Assembly (NCBI GenBank): GCA_016929755.1
Contig: JAFGIF010000260.1
Span: 1 to 51,347, forward strand
Origin: Deltaproteobacteria bacterium
Lineage (GTDB): Bacteria; Desulfobacterota; Desulfomonilia; UBA1062
Length of the DNA stretch: 51,347 bases
Direction of reading: 5' to 3'
Shown: positions 45,899 through 51,347 of the stretch, one piece after another
How the letters are laid out: the number at the start of each line of letters is the position of its first letter
How positions within the stretch are numbered: the stretch's first letter is position 1
Position numbers and translations under genes: made by a program
The notes under the pieces: model-generated
What the model was told of the DNA's origin: nothing
Seen by the model: the letters and a program-made list of their open reading frames with translations, nothing else
Databases searched by the model: none

Positions 45899-47762
45899 GA
45901 ATCACGATTTCACTTAAAAAACCTGAGGGAACCTGGAATGTCTCGCGCCCGTACAGGGCCCTGACCCTGGACCACGAAAGCATCGCCCTTCTGCGGGCGC
46001 GCGTTATGCCAACGTAGAGCAGGCGCCGTTCCTCCTCGATGTCAACGGCGGAATCCATAGAACGCGAATGCGGCAGCAGGCCTTCCTCGAGCCCCATGAT
46101 AAAGACATGATCGAATTCGAGGCCCTTTGACATATGCAGAGTCATAACGCTGACCCTGTCTTCATCCTGGACCGTATCAATTTCAGATATCAGGGCCTTT
46201 TCTTCCAGGTATGCGGCCAGATCGGTCTGTCCCTCGCTGCTGGCAATCAGTTCGCTTATATTGGTCAGCCGGTCGTGTCCGTCAATTTCATTTTTGAGGG
46301 CTTCCTGGAGCCCGGAATGCTGCATGATAGCCCGGAACAGGTCAGCCACATCCATATAACCTGCCAGGGAGATAAGCCGTTTCATCACCTCGCTGAAGGC
46401 CTGTGCGCCACGGGCGCCGCTGCCCTTGACAATACCTTCTTCAAGGGCTTGGTCCAGCACGGACAGGGTTGGCAGAGACTGCGCTGCGGCATATGCCCGA
46501 AGCGTGGCCAGGGTCTTCAGACCGATACCGCGCGAGGGAGTGTTGATAATTCGCCCCAGGGCCTCTTCGTCTTCCGGGTGGGCGATCAGGCGCAGATAGG
46601 CCAGCACGTCCCTGATTTCCCGGCGCTCGTAAAACCGCATGCCGCCATAGACCGCATACGGGATCTGCCGTCTGACAAAGGTCTCTTCAATCACCCGGGA
46701 CAAAGCGTTGATGCGATAGAATACCCCGATTTGACGAGGATTTACGCCTTCTTCGATCAGCCGCTCGATAGTATAGGCAACCCCCTGGGCTTCATTCTCA
46801 TCGTTGGAAAACTCTTCGATCCAGACGTCTTCTCCCCCGGAGATGGTGGACCTGATCTTCTTGGGTGCCCGGTAGCGATTATTGGCGATCAGCGAAGATG
46901 CCGCTTCAAGGATTCTCTCGGTTGAACGGTAATTCCTCTCCAGGGTGATCACTTTTGCCTCGGGAAAATCGTCCTTGAAACGCAGGATATTACCGACCTC
47001 GGCCCCGCGCCAGCCATAGATCGACTGGTCGTCGTCTCCCACTACGCAGATGTTGCTTTCCTCTCCGACAAGCTGCATCAGCATGGTATACTGGGCCATG
47101 TTGGTATCCTGGTACTCGTCGACCAGGATGTAGCGGATCCTGGTGTTGTAGCGCTCGCGCATGCCCGGGACCTCCGAGAGTATCCTGCTGGGCAACAGCA
47201 GCAGGTCTCCGAAATCAAGAGCCCCGTATTCCTGTTTGCGCTTCTCATAGAGCTCGGCCACCGGTTCGGGATCGATGAGCAGTTCATGCGGAATATCTCC
47301 GATGCTCTGCATGGTGTCCTTGCCCAGGCTGATCAGCCAGGCAATACTGCTGTCGGTGCCCCGTTCCTTTTTCAAGTGCAGGTCCTTGATACATCTGCCG
47401 ATCAGCGAGCGTTGATCGGCAGCATCATAAATGATAAACGAGCGCGGATAGCCCGCATGGTGGGCCTCGCGCCGGAGAAACCAGGCCCCGAAAGCATGGA
47501 ACGTGCCGGCCCACACATTGACTGATTCCACACCCAGCAGATGTTTCAACCGCAGTTTCATCTCAGCCGCGGCCTTGTTGGTAAAGGTAAGGCACAGGAT
47601 TTCGGCCGGGTTTATCCCGCTTTCGATCAGGTTGGCCACGCGGTGCACAATCACGCGGGTCTTGCCGGAACCGGCCCCGGCAAATATCAGCAGCGGGCCT
47701 TTGCTATGGTTTACCGCCCGGATCTGCTCCGGATTCAGTCCATCTATAATCTTCTTTGACAT
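45888..47762 (-). CDS. UvrD/Rep/PcrA-family ATP-dependent DNA helicase (short, 624 aa)
   Basis: SF1 motifs AGAGSGKT, TFTNKAA, VDEYQDT, VGDDDQSIYGWRGA, YRS, TLHMSKGLEFD and YVGITRAR. The protein ends about 40 aa after motif VI. Confidence 0.9.
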   Translation of the reverse strand: MSKKIIDGLNPEQIRAVNHSKGPLLIFAGAGSGKTRVIVHRVANLIESGINPAEILCLTFTNKAAAEMKLRLKHLLGVESVNVWAGTFHAFGAWFLRREAHHAGYPRSFIIYDAADQRSLIGRCIKDLHLKKERGTDSSIAWLISLGKDTMQSIGDIPHELLIDPEPVAELYEKRKQEYGALDFGDLLLLPSRILSEVPGMRERYNTRIRYILVDEYQDTNMAQYTMLMQLVGEESNICVVGDDDQSIYGWRGAEVGNILRFKDDFPEAKVITLERNYRSTERILEAASSLIANNRYRAPKKIRSTISGGEDVWIEEFSNDENEAQGVAYTIERLIEEGVNPRQIGVFYRINALSRVIEETFVRRQIPYAVYGGMRFYERREIRDVLAYLRLIAHPEDEEALGRIINTPSRGIGLKTLATLRAYAAAQSLPTLSVLDQALEEGIVKGSGARGAQAFSEVMKRLISLAGYMDVADLFRAIMQHSGLQEALKNEIDGHDRLTNISELIASSEGQTDLAAYLEEKALISEIDTVQDEDRVSVMTLHMSKGLEFDHVFIMGLEEGLLPHSRSMDSAVDIEEERRLLYVGITRARRRAMLSWSRVRALYGRETFQVPSGFLSEIVIPRT

Positions 47763-49016
47763 CTAGGCCTTCTTCGGGACAACCTTGTCGCCCTGGCTGT
47801 AGGGCTTGCGGATAAGTTCTCCGGCCCTCACGGCAAAGGGCAGTTTCACGGCAAAGACTTCATTGGGCCGGATATGTGTTTTGCGAGTTCCGCCTGCTTG
47901 AGCGTCTTTCAGCTCGAAGATCCGGCTTTTGCCCGCAGCTGCCAGCCATTCGAGCTGCATGCCTTCGATCAGGGGATTGCGGGCCTCCAGTATGGTCTTC
48001 TCTCCATTTGTTTCCAGCACCCTGGCCGCCAGGTGGTGGGTCTGGGTATAGCCCTTGAAATCGTAATTTGTGCCACTCGTATCAGGCAGAGAACTGAAGA
48101 AGCCGGTAAAATACCCGCGGTGGCTGGCTTTCATGAGTTCATCCAGCCATTCTTTTTGGACCTGAAACCCTTGAGGATCCTTCATCCAGGCATCGCGAGC
48201 CCGGCAATAGGCGCTTACGATCGTGGCCACGTACAGGGCGGTCTTGTTACGGCCTTCGATTTTCAGACCATCGACCCCCAATGCCATTACTTGGTCGAAT
48301 ACCGGCATCAGGCATAAATCCCTGGAATTGTAGAGGTACGTAAACCCGTCATCTTCGACCACCGGCAGGTATTCCCCGGCCCGGGTGCGCTCCACAAGCG
48401 CATATTCCCAGCGGCAGGGCTGGGTGCACCCGCCCTGGTTGGCATCCCGCGCGTTTAGGTAGTTGCTGATCAGGCACCTGCCCGAAATCGAGATGCACAT
48501 ACTGCCGTGCACAAATATTTCCAGCTCGATCTTTGTGTTTCCCCTTATGCTGGCAATCTCACCTCGCGAAAGCTCACGGGCCAGGATGACCCGCGATATA
48601 CCCAGATCGTCCCAGGCATTGACTGCGGCGGAATTGACAGCATTGGCCTGCGTGCTCAAATGCAGCGGCATCCCCGGTGCAATGCTGCGCACCAGGCGCA
48701 ATACACCCAGGTCCGAGACAATTATCGCATCGACATGATTTTCTGCCGCCAGGCGGATAATGTCCGGCATCTGCCGCAGCTGTTCATCGTGGGGATAGGT
48801 ATTGAGTGTCAGGTAGACCTTGACCCCGCTTTCATGGGCCAGACCAAGCGCAGCCGGAAATTCATCAAAACTGAAATTTTTAGCACCGGAGCGTAGATTG
48901 GTCTCGCCGCGGATCCCCAGGTAGACTGCGTCCGCCCCATACAGACAGGCGGTCTCCAGGGCTTCCATGCTGCCGGCCGGGGCCAGAATTTCGGGCTTTT
49001 TCATAGCATGCTGCAT
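47763..49016 (-). CDS. Peptidase U32 family protein
   Basis: U32 signature EIFVHGSMCISISGRCLIS and the N-terminal KKPEILAPAGS. The start is ambiguous: ATG 49016 (GGGG upstream) is chosen, with ATG 49004 or TTG 49043 as alternatives. The stop directly abuts the helicase ATG (TAGATG). Confidence 0.85.
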   Translation of the reverse strand: MQHAMKKPEILAPAGSMEALETACLYGADAVYLGIRGETNLRSGAKNFSFDEFPAALGLAHESGVKVYLTLNTYPHDEQLRQMPDIIRLAAENHVDAIIVSDLGVLRLVRSIAPGMPLHLSTQANAVNSAAVNAWDDLGISRVILARELSRGEIASIRGNTKIELEIFVHGSMCISISGRCLISNYLNARDANQGGCTQPCRWEYALVERTRAGEYLPVVEDDGFTYLYNSRDLCLMPVFDQVMALGVDGLKIEGRNKTALYVATIVSAYCRARDAWMKDPQGFQVQKEWLDELMKASHRGYFTGFFSSLPDTSGTNYDFKGYTQTHHLAARVLETNGEKTILEARNPLIEGMQLEWLAAAGKSRIFELKDAQAGGTRKTHIRPNEVFAVKLPFAVRAGELIRKPYSQGDKVVPKKA

Positions 49017-49413
49017 ATACCCCAAGAGCGTGTTCTCATACAAGGTGAAATCAGAAAAACAGCGCTGCCTGTGAGGTAAATATTCGGTGTATTTTCAAAA
49101 ACACGATCGGTATGCACTGGCTCATCGATGATCCTCTGGACTCATGTAGAAGAAGGCATGCTCTGTCGTTTTCAATTACCTGCACATTTTCAAGTCAAAA
49201 TGGTTCTCTGCCTTTTCGGATACCCCCGGCTTATTTGAAAACCTCCCGCATTGATTACCCCGCGTTTATGCAACACACGCCGCCGAGAAAAAAGACAAGA
49301 TACACTTTCGTGAAAGGCTGGATCATATATAAACGGAAAACGACATGTTATCCAAGGCCAGACAAAATAATTTTAAACCGATATGCACGGGGCTCGAACC
49401 TTATCAAAAGAAC

Positions 49414-49444
49414 AGACAGACTAGTATCAGATAATACCCTGTCT
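49414..49444 (-). terminator. Weak candidate terminator after the acylase gene
   Basis: On the minus strand: AGACAG (49444-49439), a 19-nt loop with internal GTAT/ATAC pairing, CTGTCT (49419-49414), then GTTCTTTTG. The stem is short, so this is marginal. Confidence 0.3.
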
Positions 49445-51347
49445 CACGGATTTAAAATCAAACTCTTCCTGCTATGCTCCTGAATCGCCTGGTCGCTGAA
49501 CCACCAGTAGCGCTTTTCGCCTGACATGAAGGGACCCACCTGGTCGTCGCCGTGCGGGTCGAATACCCGCCCTGACACACCCCCCGGCAGAATGGCCAGG
49601 ACCTTGTCATCATCCGCCAGATCAGCCACCATACGCAAGGAAGCAGAGGTCGTGACCTCGAATGGCCTGTCAAAAGAATAGATCGCGCGGTACAGCGTCT
49701 GGCCGGAGCCGCCCATGGGATGCGAGCCCGCGCCCAGCAGCCCTGCCCCGAAGCCGCTGCGTCTGATGGGGCTGACAAATGTCAGCCTATGGATTTTGCC
49801 CCAGCGCCACTTTTCAGGGTTCCTGCCGCAATACTCCTCCAATTGGGTCCTGGCCGCCAGGGCGGCCTGGTAGAACAGGTCGTCCCTGGTTTCGATGGTG
49901 TCCTGGGTGAGCACGTTGTCAAACCAGGCCGACGAGCCCTTGTGAACCATATCCAGCAGGCGCTCTTCCCAGAAATACCAGTCCTTCAGCATGGTTGTGG
50001 CAAGATCCTCGCCCAGTTCGTCGGCAAATACCAGCTGGGCAAAGTTGCGGTAGATTACCTGAAATACGGCCGGGGCCGCCAGATCCGGGTTATCGAAGTA
50101 GTCCCACTTCTCAAGAATCCGGGCCATGTCCATTGTGCCGGGGCGTGAGGCCAGAACTTCAGCTATAATCGGTGCGATCTGCCGGGCCAGAAGATTTTTG
50201 GTATCACGTTGGATGTGCCAGTGATCCTCCGGCGTGATTATATCTTTCGATTCGAGCAGTGCCTTAAGCCTGCGGTAGCGAAACGAGGGCGACATGTGGG
50301 ATGAGTAATAGTAGGGATAATCCGAAGCCACGGTCATGTGGTTGCAGGTGCCGACCCAGCCCCTGGTTGGATTGTAGGACTGAGGCATATCGTCAAAGGG
50401 GATCCAGCCGTTCCAGTTGTCTTGTGTGTTTTTTACCACATACGGAATCGTGCCATTGCCCCGGGACCGGACCGGGAGTGTTCCCGAGGCCTGCCAGCCG
50501 ATGTTGCCCTGGGTGTCGGCAAATACAAAATTGAGCATAATGACATTGAGCGCCCTGAGCGCATCGCGCACATCGTACACACTCCTGGCATGCAGGATCC
50601 TGTCAAGCCCGATGGCCGGCTCCATGGTCTCGAACGGCGCCCAGCGCATGCTGATAACCTTGTCGGTTTTCAGGCCCGGCAGAACATCAGAAATCACTGG
50701 CCCGCGCCGGGTGAGCCGGATGCTGATGTTCTGAGAGCGAAAACCTGCCTCGGCCTTTTTATCTTTTATTTTGATGGCCTCTTCAATAACCTCAAAGGGC
50801 CGTGACACATCTCCCTCGAGATAGCGGCCCGGATCTGCCGGGTCGATTGTCTCGACATAGAGGTCCTGCGCGTCTCCGTAGGCATTGGTCACGCCGAGGG
50901 CGATATGCGCGGTGCGTCCGATAACAATGCCGGGAACCCCGGGGATGCCCACCCCGACAAAGCGGGTATCCGGCGTGATGATCCCGATTGGATACCAGGG
51001 CCCGGGCAGCATGCTGACATTGAGATGCGGATCATTGGCGACAACCGGTTTGCCGCCCGGCGATGAAAGCGCGCCCACCGTCCAGTTATTACTGCCCAGT
51101 TGAAGGGGCCCGCTTGTCAGATACGCCGCGAGTTTTTTATCATGAGAAACGCCACAATTTTCTTTATCCAGGGGCACGGCCCATTTCTGTTCATATCCCG
51201 GGTCATCCGGGTTGATGTTCAATGGGAAAATTTCGCGGGCCTTTTCAATGCCGAGCTTTTCAATGAGCATGCCCGCTATGATCTCGGTTGTAAGATTGGC
51301 GGCCGAGTCCCAGCTCATCAGATACATGACGGCCAGTGATTCTTCAA
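49444..51347 (-). CDS. Penicillin acylase (Ntn-hydrolase) family protein, 5' end outside the window
   Basis: The frame stays open through 51347, upstream of the ORF-track Met. It contains the GSNNWTV motif (nucleophilic Ser of the beta subunit) and NDPHL. The visible length of 634 codons is shorter than the roughly 800 aa I recall for this family, which is consistent with truncation by the window edge. Confidence 0.85.
   Translation of the reverse strand, partial: EESLAVMYLMSWDSAANLTTEIIAGMLIEKLGIEKAREIFPLNINPDDPGYEQKWAVPLDKENCGVSHDKKLAAYLTSGPLQLGSNNWTVGALSSPGGKPVVANDPHLNVSMLPGPWYPIGIITPDTRFVGVGIPGVPGIVIGRTAHIALGVTNAYGDAQDLYVETIDPADPGRYLEGDVSRPFEVIEEAIKIKDKKAEAGFRSQNISIRLTRRGPVISDVLPGLKTDKVISMRWAPFETMEPAIGLDRILHARSVYDVRDALRALNVIMLNFVFADTQGNIGWQASGTLPVRSRGNGTIPYVVKNTQDNWNGWIPFDDMPQSYNPTRGWVGTCNHMTVASDYPYYYSSHMSPSFRYRRLKALLESKDIITPEDHWHIQRDTKNLLARQIAPIIAEVLASRPGTMDMARILEKWDYFDNPDLAAPAVFQVIYRNFAQLVFADELGEDLATTMLKDWYFWEERLLDMVHKGSSAWFDNVLTQDTIETRDDLFYQAALAARTQLEEYCGRNPEKWRWGKIHRLTFVSPIRRSGFGAGLLGAGSHPMGGSGQTLYRAIYSFDRPFEVTTSASLRMVADLADDDKVLAILPGGVSGRVFDPHGDDQVGPFMSGEKRYWWFSDQAIQEHSRKSLILNP

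Noticed and set aside
49389-49400. A tRNA T-arm-like string (minus strand GGTTCGAGCCCC).
   Set aside because: The flanking sequence does not give a paired T-stem, acceptor stem or anticodon arm. Twelve nucleotides alone are not evidence for a tRNA or an att site.
49112-49483. A 123-aa plus-strand ORF in the acylase/U32 spacer.
   Set aside because: The composition is basic and low-complexity, with no motif and no SD. It also overlaps the acylase 3' end, so it is probably not a gene.
1-51347. A search for CRISPR arrays, IS elements, integrases, prophage genes and rRNA/tRNA genes.
   Set aside because: I found no regularly spaced direct repeats, no transposase/integrase/recombinase-like ORFs and no cloverleaf-capable intergenic regions. 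My by-eye reading could miss short or degenerate elements.

Overview
This is a densely coding 51.3-kb chromosomal window with about 50 protein genes. I recognised no rRNA, tRNA, CRISPR array, transposase or integrase. All family calls come from reading motifs in the supplied translations, not from database searches. The gene content (several radical SAM enzymes, a U32 protein, split glyQ/glyS, a long arg/lys operon) suggests an anaerobic Desulfobacterota-like bacterium, but that is inference only.

Layout:
(i) 1-8232, plus strand. The tail of a TonB-dependent receptor is followed by a strong hairpin terminator and exbB-exbD-tonB. Next comes a translationally coupled ABC importer (ATPase, binding protein, permease). 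It runs on, through 4-nt start/stop overlaps, into a 670-aa radical SAM fusion protein, a second paralogous binding protein and a THEP1-like P-loop NTPase. This is my best candidate for an undescribed system: O2-independent uptake plus cargo processing of a metallo-cofactor or siderophore.
(ii) 8486-20406, minus strand. An almost gap-free 13-gene housekeeping run: argB-argD-argG-argH-lipoprotein-lysA-dapA-dapB-FAH-folK-hybrid kinase-SLT-pgsA.
(iii) icd, a LysM lipoprotein, aspS and hisS.
(iv) 26203-30314. Two paralogous radical SAM proteins with a non-canonical CX4CX2C motif bracket a Na/Pi-PhoU transporter and a short TsaA/TrmO-domain protein.
(v) A dGTPase-like HD protein, glyS/glyQ, recO, mgtE and a RodZ-like HTH protein.
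(vi) An MBL-fold protein abutting a fused TIGR03960/DUF2344-type radical SAM protein.
(vii) A CopA-type P1B ATPase with a YHS/TRASH-like segment and two tandem Cys-rich repeats instead of a classical HMA domain.
(viii) A TetR gene divergent from an NTase-like/TPM/LemA module, with back-to-back and apparently leaderless promoters.
(ix) A U32 protein plus a UvrD-like helicase, a 0.4-kb non-coding spacer, and a penicillin-acylase-family gene that runs off the right edge.
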